Notes: generated by a model from the letters alone, not told the origin. A DNA stretch of 64,000 nucleotides from Vicinamibacteraceae bacterium (GCA_011525805.1 WYBR01000059.1:3386-67385); one strand, 5' to 3'; shown: positions 46,961 to 55,250, numbered from the stretch's first letter. Numbers and translations are program-made.

Positions 46961-47029
46961 TCCTGCGGCCGGTGCGCGCGGCCTCGGGTTCAAGGCACGT
47001 TCTGCGAACGCCGATGGGAAGGGGAGATC

Positions 47030-47902
47030 GTGCGGTGCGATCTCAACCCGGCGGCCAGCACAATGTCATACGACGCCAAACTCTCCAATGACCGTGATGT
47101 CCTCCTTGGCCGCATCCGGGAGATGGAGGGCCAGATCAGCCGCCTCGAGGCGGACCTCGACCGCACCAGCCGCCTCGCCACGCTCGGCATCCTCGCCGGC
47201 ATGATCGCACACGAGTTCAACAACCTCCTCACGCCGGTGATGAGTTACTCCCAACTCGCCATCGCTTCACCGGATGACCGGGAACTCGTCGCCAAGGCCC
47301 TCAATCGCACCGTCGATGGCGCCCAGCAACTCTCCCGCATCGCCTCCGCGATCCTCGGATTCCTCCGCGATGATGACCAGATGGCCGAAGCCGATGTCAA
47401 TCGCGTGATCGATCTGACTCTCGAGTGCATGGCGAAAGATCCGCAGAAGACTGGGATCTCGGTGGTTCGGCGGATCCCCGACGGGGTTCGCGCCGGCATT
47501 CGCCCCATCTGCCTGCAGCAGGTGCTGCTCAACCTGTTCCTGAACGCGATCGAAGCGATGCGCGGCAGCGGCGGAGAGTTGCGTGTGACCGGAGCGGTCG
47601 AGCCTGGCGGCTTTGTCCGCCTCACCGTCTCCGACACGGGCTGCGGCATGACGCGCGAGATGATCGAGCAGGCCTTCCGGCCGCTGGCCTCGCGAACGAG
47701 AGACGCAGGGGGATCGGCGCCGCCGGAGGCCGTAGCCCGGCCCGGCGCGCGGCGCGGCCACGGCCTGGGCCTGGCGATCTGCAAGCGCCTCATTGAGGAG
47801 GCGGGCGGATCGATCCAGATCGACAGCCAGGTGGGAGAGGGGACGACGTTCGCGATCCGCGTCCCCGCGGCGCGGCAAGGCCAGTCCCGCCGTTCCGCGT
47901 GA
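47030..47902 (+). CDS. Cytoplasmic histidine kinase without sensor domain or adjacent regulator
   Basis: GTG at 47030 after GGGGAG (alternative ATG at 47063). H-box AGMIAHEFNNLLTPV, N-box LLNLFLNAIEAM, DTGCGM, GHGLGLAICKRLIE. Confidence 0.85.
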   Translation: MRCDLNPAASTMSYDAKLSNDRDVLLGRIREMEGQISRLEADLDRTSRLATLGILAGMIAHEFNNLLTPVMSYSQLAIASPDDRELVAKALNRTVDGAQQLSRIASAILGFLRDDDQMAEADVNRVIDLTLECMAKDPQKTGISVVRRIPDGVRAGIRPICLQQVLLNLFLNAIEAMRGSGGELRVTGAVEPGGFVRLTVSDTGCGMTREMIEQAFRPLASRTRDAGGSAPPEAVARPGARRGHGLGLAICKRLIEEAGGSIQIDSQVGEGTTFAIRVPAARQGQSRRSA

Positions 47903-48051
47903 GGCGCCGCATCGCGGGCACACGAACACACCATATACTTATAATATTTTGGTACATCGCTCCGCGGGCGGCGGAGGCCGCCGCACCGTCTCCGGCGCGC
48001 TGGCGCCTGGGGCTGGCGGTGGGAGGCGATGCCGCGGCGCCATGCGAAACC

Positions 48052-48196
48052 GGGCCGAAGAGCCAGCGAAGACGCGAGGAGCGAAGCGACGAGGGCGCGG
48101 CCATGCGATCATTCGCGCTGGCGCGTCGCGCGGACGGGAGCATCACAAGGCGCATCGCTTCGCTCTGCGTCCTTGCTGGCCCGTCGGGCTCGCAGG
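48052..48196 (+). repeat. Repeat family 1 hairpin element, copy upstream of the GT2 gene
   Basis: ggccgaagagccagcgaagacgcgaggagcgaagcga...tcgcttcgctctgcgtccttgctggcc. The arms are complementary. About 85 percent identical by eye to 49065..49206. Confidence 0.7.
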
Positions 48197-48254
48197 TGGG
48201 GGGGGCCGGCGCGAGGCGCCGCGTCGCGCGGGGACGGTCGCCCGGGCGCACGCT

Positions 48255-49055
48255 ATGCTCCTGCCCAGCATGGCCGAGCCGCACGAGTGTCAGATTGAAC
48301 TCTCCATCATCGCGCCGGCGCACAACGAGGAGGAGAACGTCGGCCCGCTCGTCGAGGAGATTCACGCCGCGCTCGCCGGCTTCGTCGAACTCGCGGGGCG
48401 ATTCGAGGCGATCATCGTCGATGACGGCTCGACCGACCGTACCCTCGAACGGCTGACATCGCTCATGACGGTGCGGCAATGGCTGCGCGTGGTGCGGATG
48501 ATGGACACGCCGCCGGGGCGCGGGCACGGGCAGTCGGCCGCGTTCCACGCCGGGCTGCGCCACGCGCGCGGCGAGATCGTCGCGCTGCTCGACGCCGATC
48601 TCCAGAACGATCCCGCCGACCTCCCGCGCATCCTCGAAATCATGCGGCAGACCGGGGCCGACCTCGTGCAGGGCGATCGCTCACTGAACCGGCGCGACAC
48701 CGCGGGTCGGCGGGCGGCGAGTTGGGTCGGTCGGTCCTTCCGCCGCCTCCTCCTCGCCGACACCATCCGAGACACCGGCTGCTCGCTGCGCGTCATGCGC
48801 CGCGAAGTCGCGCTGGCCATCCCGCTCGAGTTCCACGGCATGCACCGCTTCATCCCGCTCACGGCGCGGCAACTGGGCTACACCGTCATCGAAACGCCCG
48901 TCTCGCATCGGCCGCGCACCGCGGGCGCGGCGAAGTACGGCGTCTTCAACCGCGCGCTGCCGGGCCTGCTCGACTGCCTCGCCGTGCGATGGATGCACCG
49001 GCGCAGACGCCCGACGCGCGCCAGCGAAATCACGCGCGAGGACGCGCCAGATTGA
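48255..49055 (+). CDS. Family 2 glycosyltransferase (polyprenyl-phosphate sugar transferase-like)
   Basis: ATG at 48255 or 48270. LSIIAPAHNEEENV, IIVDDGSTD, LLDADLQND (DxD), GCSLRVMRRE. Confidence 0.85.
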   Translation: MLLPSMAEPHECQIELSIIAPAHNEEENVGPLVEEIHAALAGFVELAGRFEAIIVDDGSTDRTLERLTSLMTVRQWLRVVRMMDTPPGRGHGQSAAFHAGLRHARGEIVALLDADLQNDPADLPRILEIMRQTGADLVQGDRSLNRRDTAGRRAASWVGRSFRRLLLADTIRDTGCSLRVMRREVALAIPLEFHGMHRFIPLTARQLGYTVIETPVSHRPRTAGAAKYGVFNRALPGLLDCLAVRWMHRRRRPTRASEITREDAPD

Positions 49056-49064
49056 GTCCAATCA

Positions 49065-49206
49065 GGCCGAAGTGCCAGCGAGGACGCGAGGAGCGAAGCG
49101 AAGAGGGCCGCCGCCCAAACGGCCGCGCTGGCGCGTCGGGCAGGCGGGAGCATCACAAAGCGCATCGCTTCGCTCCGCGCCCTTGCTGGCGCTGCGGGCT
49201 CGCGGG
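49065..49206 (+). repeat. Repeat family 1 hairpin element, copy downstream of the GT2 gene
   Basis: ggccgaagtgccagcgaggacgcgaggagcgaagcga...tcgcttcgctccgcgcccttgctggcg. Same orientation as 48052..48196. Confidence 0.7.
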
Positions 49207-49217
49207 GGCGGGGGGGG

Positions 49218-49643
49218 TTACGAAAGGAACCTGATGGTGACGGGGTAGCGCACGTATTCGCCGCCGTTGGCGCGGATGGCCATCACGATCGATGCAATGA
49301 TCTGCAGCAGCAGCACCAGCGGCACGAGCACGAATCCCACACACACGGTCATCAGCACGGCCGAGACGATCGCATACAGGAATACTGATATCTGGAAGTT
49401 GACCGCCTCGCGGCCATGATCGTCGATGAAGGGCGACGTCTTGCGCTTCATCAGCCAGAGGATCAGAGGCGCAAAGATCGAGGCCGTGGGAAGGATGAAC
49501 CCTCCCAGCCCCGCAAGGTGGATGAAGGTCGCCCACAGGCGCTCGTCATCCGTCGCGTTGAGTTCGTAGAGGCGCTCCCGACCGCCGGGGACGTTGGCCT
49601 GCGCGGCATTCGCGTCGTTGAAGTTCATGGCCACGGTGCCCAT
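49218..49643 (-). CDS. DUF4870-like membrane protein
   Basis: ERLWATFIHLAGLGGFILPTASIFAPLILWLMKRKTSPFIDDHGREAVNFQISVFLY matches the pattern I recall for DUF4870. ATG at 49643 or 49628. Confidence 0.72.
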   Translation of the reverse strand: MGTVAMNFNDANAAQANVPGGRERLYELNATDDERLWATFIHLAGLGGFILPTASIFAPLILWLMKRKTSPFIDDHGREAVNFQISVFLYAIVSAVLMTVCVGFVLVPLVLLLQIIASIVMAIRANGGEYVRYPVTIRFLS

Positions 49644-49746
49644 GCGGCTGGTCTCCCGCCCCTTGTTGGGCGGAGCGCGGGCGGGGTTTCATCCCCCGGC
49701 CGCAACAACCTCGCGCGAACCATTCTACCCGACTACCCTACAGCCT

Positions 49747-50367
49747 GTGCCTGATCACGAACCCAACCCGGCGCCTCGGCGCCCGCCGTCGGCCGGCCTG
49801 CTGCTGGTCATCTCGGGCCCTTCGGGGGTCGGCAAGACGACGATCACGCGCCAAGTGGTCGATCGGCTCGGGGCCGTCTTCAGCGTCTCGGCCACCACGC
49901 GCCCCCCAACCGCGGCCGACACGCCGGGGGTGGACTACCACTTTGTCAGCGACGAGGAGTTTCAGCGGATGATCGCGGCCGGCGACCTGCTCGAGTACGC
50001 CCGGGTTTTCGGCAAGTTTTCATACGGGACGCCGCGTCGGCCCGTCGAAGAGGCCCTTGCTCAGGGAAGGGTGGTCCTGTTGGAGATCGACGTGCAGGGG
50101 GCGCTCCAGGTGCGGGCCAACCTGCCCGAGGCGCTGCTGGTGTTCATCTTGCCGCCGGATGACGCGACCCTGCTTGAGAGGCTCAGAAAGCGGGGTCGGG
50201 AAGGGGAGGAGGAGATCGCCCGGCGCTTCGCCGAAGCCAAGCGGGAGATCGCCACGGCGGAGGGGAGCGGGGCCTATGACCTGTTCCTGGTGAACGATGA
50301 GGTCGAAAAAAGTGTGGCCGAAGTGTGTTTTGCGGCAAGGAAGCGCTTGCAGGGAGGCGTCAGGTAG
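49747..50367 (+). CDS. gmk: Guanylate kinase
   Basis: ISGPSGVGKTT P-loop, SATTRPP, EYARVFG..YGTP. Start uncertain: the GTG at 49747 gives a typical length, and the ATG at 49642 would overlap the neighbouring gene. Confidence 0.85.
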   Translation: MPDHEPNPAPRRPPSAGLLLVISGPSGVGKTTITRQVVDRLGAVFSVSATTRPPTAADTPGVDYHFVSDEEFQRMIAAGDLLEYARVFGKFSYGTPRRPVEEALAQGRVVLLEIDVQGALQVRANLPEALLVFILPPDDATLLERLRKRGREGEEEIARRFAEAKREIATAEGSGAYDLFLVNDEVEKSVAEVCFAARKRLQGGVR

Positions 50368-50426
50368 GGTACATTCTCTAGACCGGAAGTCCGGCTGACC
50401 GGAACCAGACGCTGGAGGACGCGCCC

Positions 50427-51197
50427 ATGAGGCCCCATCGCCCCGCCGCCCGCAAGGGCTTCACCCTCATCGAACTTCTCGTGGTGATCTCGATCATCGC
50501 GCTGCTGATTGGCCTGCTGCTGCCGGCGCTGCAGCAGGCGCGGGAGTTCGGCCGGGCGACCGGCTGTCTTTCCAACCTGCGCCAGATCGGCTTTGCCGCG
50601 ACGGCGTACATCAACGACAACAATCTCGTGCCGCGCGAGGCGGCGAGTATTCCGGGCCGAGACATCGCCTGGGCACTTGCCTTCCGGCCATACTTCTCGA
50701 AGATCAAGGATGACCGGTTCGAGTCGGTACCGATGTACCGGTGCCCGGACCATCCGAACAAGGCACACTGGCTTCACTTCGTCATCAATGCGTTCAATTT
50801 CAGTCGGCCCGGGCAGGTGTACGGCGACCGTCGGGAGGAGCACAAGCCGAATCTGATCTACTTTCCCAGCCAGACGATCTACATGGCGGACTTCACCGAC
50901 GACTCACAGAATATTCTCGTGAACGCGTGGTACGCGCAGGGGCAAAACACGCACGAGAACAACGTCGTGATCTGGTACGACATCTGGGCGGCTGTTCATG
51001 TCCAGCGGCCGATCGAAGGACAGCAGAATGGATTGCGACTGGAGCCGCGCCGACACGTCGGCGGCAGCAACGCACTCTTCCTTGACGGACACGCCGCAAG
51101 GCTGCCCGAGGAAGACATGCAGAACCTCGATAACTGGGACGATCGGACCTACTTGCGAGGCAACGTGAACGATTACGAGCGCAACCGGTATCGGTAA
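50427..51197 (+). CDS. Prepilin-type N-terminal methylation domain protein (DUF1559-like)
   Basis: [31 protein letters not shown], then CLSNLRQIG, and C-terminal [14 protein letters not shown]. Confidence 0.85.
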   Translation: MRPHRPAARKGFTLIELLVVISIIALLIGLLLPALQQAREFGRATGCLSNLRQIGFAATAYINDNNLVPREAASIPGRDIAWALAFRPYFSKIKDDRFESVPMYRCPDHPNKAHWLHFVINAFNFSRPGQVYGDRREEHKPNLIYFPSQTIYMADFTDDSQNILVNAWYAQGQNTHENNVVIWYDIWAAVHVQRPIEGQQNGLRLEPRRHVGGSNALFLDGHAARLPEEDMQNLDNWDDRTYLRGNVNDYERNRYR

Positions 51198-51208
51198 ACG
51201 CCAGGTAG

Positions 51209-51226
51209 GTCAGGTCGCGACCTGAC
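51209..51226. repeat. 18-bp perfect palindrome GTCAGGTCGCGACCTGAC
   Basis: Lies 12 nt after the stop of 50427..51197. Possible terminator stem, but no T-tract. Confidence 0.5.
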
Positions 51227-51316
51227 ACGGCGTGCAAGCGCCGCCGATCGTGCGGAAGGCGTGAATCGGGATTCATGCGACGGGACGACGTGCGCCGCAG
51301 CGCCGCACACGCGAGC

Positions 51317-51334
51317 GTCAGGTCTCGACCTGAC
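51317..51334. repeat. Near-identical palindrome GTCAGGTCTCGACCTGAC
   Basis: Second copy, starting 108 bp after the first and 20 nt beyond the stop of the sdhA 3' fragment. Confidence 0.5.
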
Positions 51335-51354
51335 CGACGGCTGGACCCGCCCCC

Positions 51355-51453
51355 TCACACACTCGCCGCGACCTTCTCCTTGGCCGGCTTCTTCTCCGCC
51401 GCGACCTTCTCGACTTTGCCGTAGGTCCGCGCCTTGGGTTTGGCGAGGCCCAT
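51355..51453 (-). pseudogene. Orphan duplicate of the last 32 codons of sdhA
   Basis: Encodes MGLAKPKARTYGKVEKVAAEKKPAKEKVAASV*. Compare ...MGLAKPKARTYGKVEKDAAEKKPAAEKVAAASA* at 53318..53419. No upstream sdhA sequence is attached. Confidence 0.75.
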
Positions 51454-51570
51454 CTGCTCTGGGCATGATCGTTGCGGCTCGGCGGGCATTCCGCCGATAC
51501 TCTGACGTACAATGGTGAAGTGCCGCCCGGAGATCGGCGGGCGGGCGCGCCCCAGCCCGGCGTCCACGCG

Positions 51571-52374
51571 ATGAAGAGCCCCAAGTACAAGAAGCCGCCT
51601 GTCGTCGAGACCGTCCTCGGGGTGCAGTTCCCGGAGATCGCTGAGTTCGGCAACGTTCACTTCGGGCTGTACTGGGAGACGATCCGCGAGCGCTACCCGA
51701 AGCCGCCGCAGAATCAGCCGCGCATCGCGTGGGCCGTGGAGACTTTTCCGTACCGACCGCTGCCGGCGGGACTGAATCTGCGCCTCAGCGATCGGGGGCC
51801 GCAGCGCATGTGGTTCACGGCCGAGAGCGAATCGGAACTCATCCAGGTCCAGCCGGACCGCTTCCATTTCAACTGGCGCGGTGAGGAGGGCAAGCCGTAT
51901 CCGTCGTACCGGGCCAACTCGCGGAAGTTCTTCGATGAGTTCGCGGGCTTTGAGGCCTTCTGCAAGGGGCAGGGCTGGGAGCCGCCCAGACCGAACCTGG
52001 CGGAGGTTACCTACGTCAACCACATCCTCCCAGTGGAGGGAGAGACGAGCATCGAACTCTTCCAGAAGGCGTTCGTCGGCGTCGACTTCACGGAGGTGGT
52101 CGAGATGCCTTGCCTGCCGGAGCGGGCGGTCTTCAACCGCGTCTATCCGATGGAGGGCGAGAAAGGACGGCTGTACGTCGAGGCGAATCTGGCGCAGAAG
52201 CGCGACCGCACGGAGTTTGTGCTGCTCAAGATGACGGCGCGGGTGATCGTCCCTCCCACCGGTGCGGTTCCATTGGCCGAGGGCCTCCAGAAGGCGCATG
52301 ACTGGGTCGTGGGCGGCTTCGCGGCCATCACGCGGCCCGAGATTCAGCAGCAGAGATGGGAGCGGATTGAATGA
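51571..52374 (+). CDS. TIGR04255-like uncharacterised protein (cassette gene 1)
   Basis: The ATG at 51571 gives MKSPKYKKPPVVETVLGVQF, which matches the N-terminal signature I recall for the TIGR04255 family. 267 aa. Its stop overlaps the next start (ATGA). Confidence 0.7.
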   Translation: MKSPKYKKPPVVETVLGVQFPEIAEFGNVHFGLYWETIRERYPKPPQNQPRIAWAVETFPYRPLPAGLNLRLSDRGPQRMWFTAESESELIQVQPDRFHFNWRGEEGKPYPSYRANSRKFFDEFAGFEAFCKGQGWEPPRPNLAEVTYVNHILPVEGETSIELFQKAFVGVDFTEVVEMPCLPERAVFNRVYPMEGEKGRLYVEANLAQKRDRTEFVLLKMTARVIVPPTGAVPLAEGLQKAHDWVVGGFAAITRPEIQQQRWERIE

Positions 52375-52883
52375 ATCCCGACATGCTCGAGTATGCACCA
52401 ACCGGCGCGGCCTTCAGCACCTGGCGCGTGGAGGAACGCGTGGAGGAACTTGCAGCGAGCGCACTCGGCGACACTGTCGTGCTGGAGAAGCATCGAACGC
52501 CGGTCTTTGCGGTGCGCACGGCGCCGGCGCCTTGGTTCGCCTCTGTCAACCAGGCCATCCTCCGCCTTGCTGACCGCAGTGAGAACTGGGACAGTTACGG
52601 GGCAAAGGCGATTGATCCGGCCGCGGTCGCGAACGCAACGCGCATCGCGCGCGAGTTGGCCATGATCGAAGGCGTCGCACGGCCCGTGGTGGGCGGCACG
52701 CCGGACGGTGAAGTTGTGTTCGAGTGGGACACCGGCGAGTGGAGCCTCGACCTGACCGTCGATCCATCCGACCAGTTCCACTACGCCTATCTGGATCGGC
52801 TCGATCCGGCGTGCGACGATGAACAATACACGCGGAACCTCGACGATCTACTTGTCCTGCTCACGCAACTTCCGAGGCGCTGA
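52371..52883 (+). CDS. Unknown protein (cassette gene 2)
   Basis: 170 aa. ...ENWDSYGAKAIDPAAVANATRIARELAM...PVVGGTPDGEVVFEWDTGEWSLDLTV. No family recognised. Its stop overlaps the next start (TGATG). Confidence 0.68.
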   Translation: MNPDMLEYAPTGAAFSTWRVEERVEELAASALGDTVVLEKHRTPVFAVRTAPAPWFASVNQAILRLADRSENWDSYGAKAIDPAAVANATRIARELAMIEGVARPVVGGTPDGEVVFEWDTGEWSLDLTVDPSDQFHYAYLDRLDPACDDEQYTRNLDDLLVLLTQLPRR

Positions 52884-53308
52884 TGGGCGCGGGTGAAGAC
52901 GACGCCGATCTTGCCAACGCCTCTCCTCTGGTGGAATCAGAGACGCTGATTCGCCGAGTTCTTCCGGACGGGATCGTCGAGCGGCCCGGCATCGGGTGGA
53001 CGGCCCAATCAGGCGCGCTCAGAGCCACCGACGATGACCCGTACCCTTCGTGGAGCCTCCTTCGAGTCACATCACCGCAGCGCCTTATCGAGATTGAGTC
53101 CATGCGGCGAGATACACGCGGCTGGCACGTTGTGGCCATCTCCATCGGGCAACTCGCAGCACTCGGAATCACGGTGGTTACAGATCCCACTGAAGAGGAT
53201 CCCGGTCACTGCATCCTCAAACCCGCCGATGCTGAGCCGTTCAAGGGCAAGTCGATCTGGAAAAAAGTTGCCGAACGCACACGCGTCGTCTACACCCATC
53301 CCTCCTGA
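52883..53308 (+). CDS. Unknown protein (cassette gene 3)
   Basis: 141 aa. ...LIRRVLPDGIVER...SGALRATDDDPYPSWSLLRV...VAISIGQLAALGITVVTDPTEEDPGHCILKP. Ends 9 nt before the sdhA stop on the other strand. Confidence 0.65.
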   Translation: MGAGEDDADLANASPLVESETLIRRVLPDGIVERPGIGWTAQSGALRATDDDPYPSWSLLRVTSPQRLIEIESMRRDTRGWHVVAISIGQLAALGITVVTDPTEEDPGHCILKPADAEPFKGKSIWKKVAERTRVVYTHPS

Positions 53309-53317
53309 TCGCCTTAC

Positions 53318-55210
53318 TCACGCGCTTGCCGCCGCGACCTTCTCCGCGGCCGGCTTTTTCTCCGCCGCGTCCTTCTCGACCTTGCCGTAGGTCCGCGCCT
53401 TGGGTTTGGCGAGGCCCATGGTGATGTCCTCGTAGCGGATGCTCGGGCGGCCGCTGCCGGGTTCCCACTGCGCCACGGTCGTCTTGAGGAACCGCTCATC
53501 GTCGCGCTCGGGATAGTCGGTGCGGTAGTGCGCGCCGCGACTTTCCTTGCGCATCAGGCCGCCGAGGAGAATCACCTCGGCGAGTTTGAGCATGTCGCCC
53601 ACCGCTCGCGCGAAACTGAGGTTCTGGTTCGTCCACAGGCCGTGGTCGGCGAGGCTGATGCGCGAGTAGCGGTCCTGGAGTTCGTGCAGCACCGCCATGG
53701 CCTGCGTCATGCGGGCCTCGGTCTTCACGACGGTCGAGGCGGCGGTCATCTCCGCCCCCATCTCGTGCGCAATGACGTAAGGATTCTCGGGGCCGCTTGC
53801 GTCGATGAGGTTCTGCATCTTGCGCGTTTCTGACTCGACGGCGTCGTCGAAGAGGCCCGCGGGCCGATCGGCCGCGGCGACGGGCAGGCTGCGCACGCGT
53901 TCGGCGATGCCCTTGCCGGCAAAGAGGCCGTCGAAGGTGCATGAGAGCAGGGCGTTGGCGCCGAGGCGCGTCGCGCCGTGGTACTGGTAGTTGACCTCGC
54001 CCAGCGCGTAGAGGCCCTCGATGTTGGTCATCATGGTGTTGGGCGCGCCGTAGACCATGCCCTTGCCGTCGGCCTTGGCGGTGTAGGTCGCCCACATCCC
54101 GCCCATGGTGTAGTGGACGGCGGGGAAGATCTTCATGGGCAGTTCGCACGGATCGTCGCCGGCGAACTTGCGGTAGATGTCGAGGATGCCGCCGAGTTTG
54201 GTTTCGAGGTATTCGCGCGGCTTGTGGGTGAGGTCGAGGTAGACCATGTTGCCCCCGCCCACGCCCAGGCCCAGGTTCACGCACACGTCGAAGATCTCGC
54301 GCGTGGCGATGTCGCGCGGCACGAGGTTGCCGTACTTCGGATACTTCTCCTCGAGGAAGTACCAGCGTTCGCTCTCGGGGATCTGGCGCGGGTCGCGGCT
54401 ATCGCCGGCCTTTCGCGGCACCCAGACGCGGCCGCCCTCGCCGCGGGCGGACTCGGACATGAGGCGGCACTTGTCAGCGCCGGGGATGGCGGTGGGGTGG
54501 ACCTGGATGAACTCGCCGTTGGCGTACCACGCGCCGGCCTGGTAGCAGCGGCTCGCCGCGCCGCCGGTGCAGACGATCGAGTTGGTGGACTGGCCGAAGA
54601 TCAGCCCGTTGCCGCCGGTACACATCACGACGGCATCGCCGCGGAAGGCGCGGATCTGCATCGTGCGCATGTCCTGGGCGACGCAGCCGACGCACACGCC
54701 GCTGTCGTCGAGGATCGGCCAGAGGAACTCCCAGAACTCATACTTGGTGACTTTGCCCTCGGCCTCGGCGCGGCGGGTCTGTTCGTCGAGGGCGTAGAGC
54801 AGTTGCTGGCCCGTCGTCGCGCCGGCAAAGAAGGTGCGCTTGAAGAGTGAGCCGCCGAAGAGCCGCAGGTCGCGGTTGCCTTCCGGCGTGCGGTTGAAGG
54901 GCACGCCCATGCGGTCGAAGAGGTCGATGATGCGCGGCGCCCAGTGGGTCATCTCATAGACGGGGGGTTGATGGGCGAGGAAGTCCCCGCCGTAGAGCGT
55001 CTCCTCCATGTGGATCCACTCGCTGAATCCCTGCTGCCGCGCAACTTCGTTGCAGGCGTTGATCCCGCCCTGGGCGCAGACGGAGTGGGATCGCTTGACG
55101 GGGACCATGGAGATGAGATCGACGGCGATGTCTTCCTCGGCGAGTTTGATCGCGGCCGCAAGCCCGGCGAGTCCGCCGCCTACCACAATGACGCGTTTGC
55201 TGGAAGTCAT
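53318..55210 (-). CDS. sdhA: Succinate dehydrogenase/fumarate reductase flavoprotein subunit
   Basis: 630 aa. VVGGGLAGLAAA FAD fold, RSHSVCAQGGI (His for covalent FAD), HYTMGG, ESRGAHYR. Confidence 0.95.
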   Translation of the reverse strand: MTSSKRVIVVGGGLAGLAAAIKLAEEDIAVDLISMVPVKRSHSVCAQGGINACNEVARQQGFSEWIHMEETLYGGDFLAHQPPVYEMTHWAPRIIDLFDRMGVPFNRTPEGNRDLRLFGGSLFKRTFFAGATTGQQLLYALDEQTRRAEAEGKVTKYEFWEFLWPILDDSGVCVGCVAQDMRTMQIRAFRGDAVVMCTGGNGLIFGQSTNSIVCTGGAASRCYQAGAWYANGEFIQVHPTAIPGADKCRLMSESARGEGGRVWVPRKAGDSRDPRQIPESERWYFLEEKYPKYGNLVPRDIATREIFDVCVNLGLGVGGGNMVYLDLTHKPREYLETKLGGILDIYRKFAGDDPCELPMKIFPAVHYTMGGMWATYTAKADGKGMVYGAPNTMMTNIEGLYALGEVNYQYHGATRLGANALLSCTFDGLFAGKGIAERVRSLPVAAADRPAGLFDDAVESETRKMQNLIDASGPENPYVIAHEMGAEMTAASTVVKTEARMTQAMAVLHELQDRYSRISLADHGLWTNQNLSFARAVGDMLKLAEVILLGGLMRKESRGAHYRTDYPERDDERFLKTTVAQWEPGSGRPSIRYEDITMGLAKPKARTYGKVEKDAAEKKPAAEKVAAASA

Positions 55211-55250
55211 GCCTGGTCAGTCCTTGCGTGAGCCGGTCGCGCGGGTCGGA

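Noticed and set aside
48052-49206. Integron attC sites as an explanation for the hairpin repeats flanking the GT2 gene
   Set aside because: The hairpin ends lack the RYYYAAC / GTTRRRY core sites, and no intI integrase or attI is present in the window.
51355-52401. 348-aa minus-strand ORF spanning the cassette
   Set aside because: Only its last 99 nt (the sdhA tail duplicate) look like real coding sequence. The rest is antisense to the TIGR04255-like gene and has artefact-like composition.
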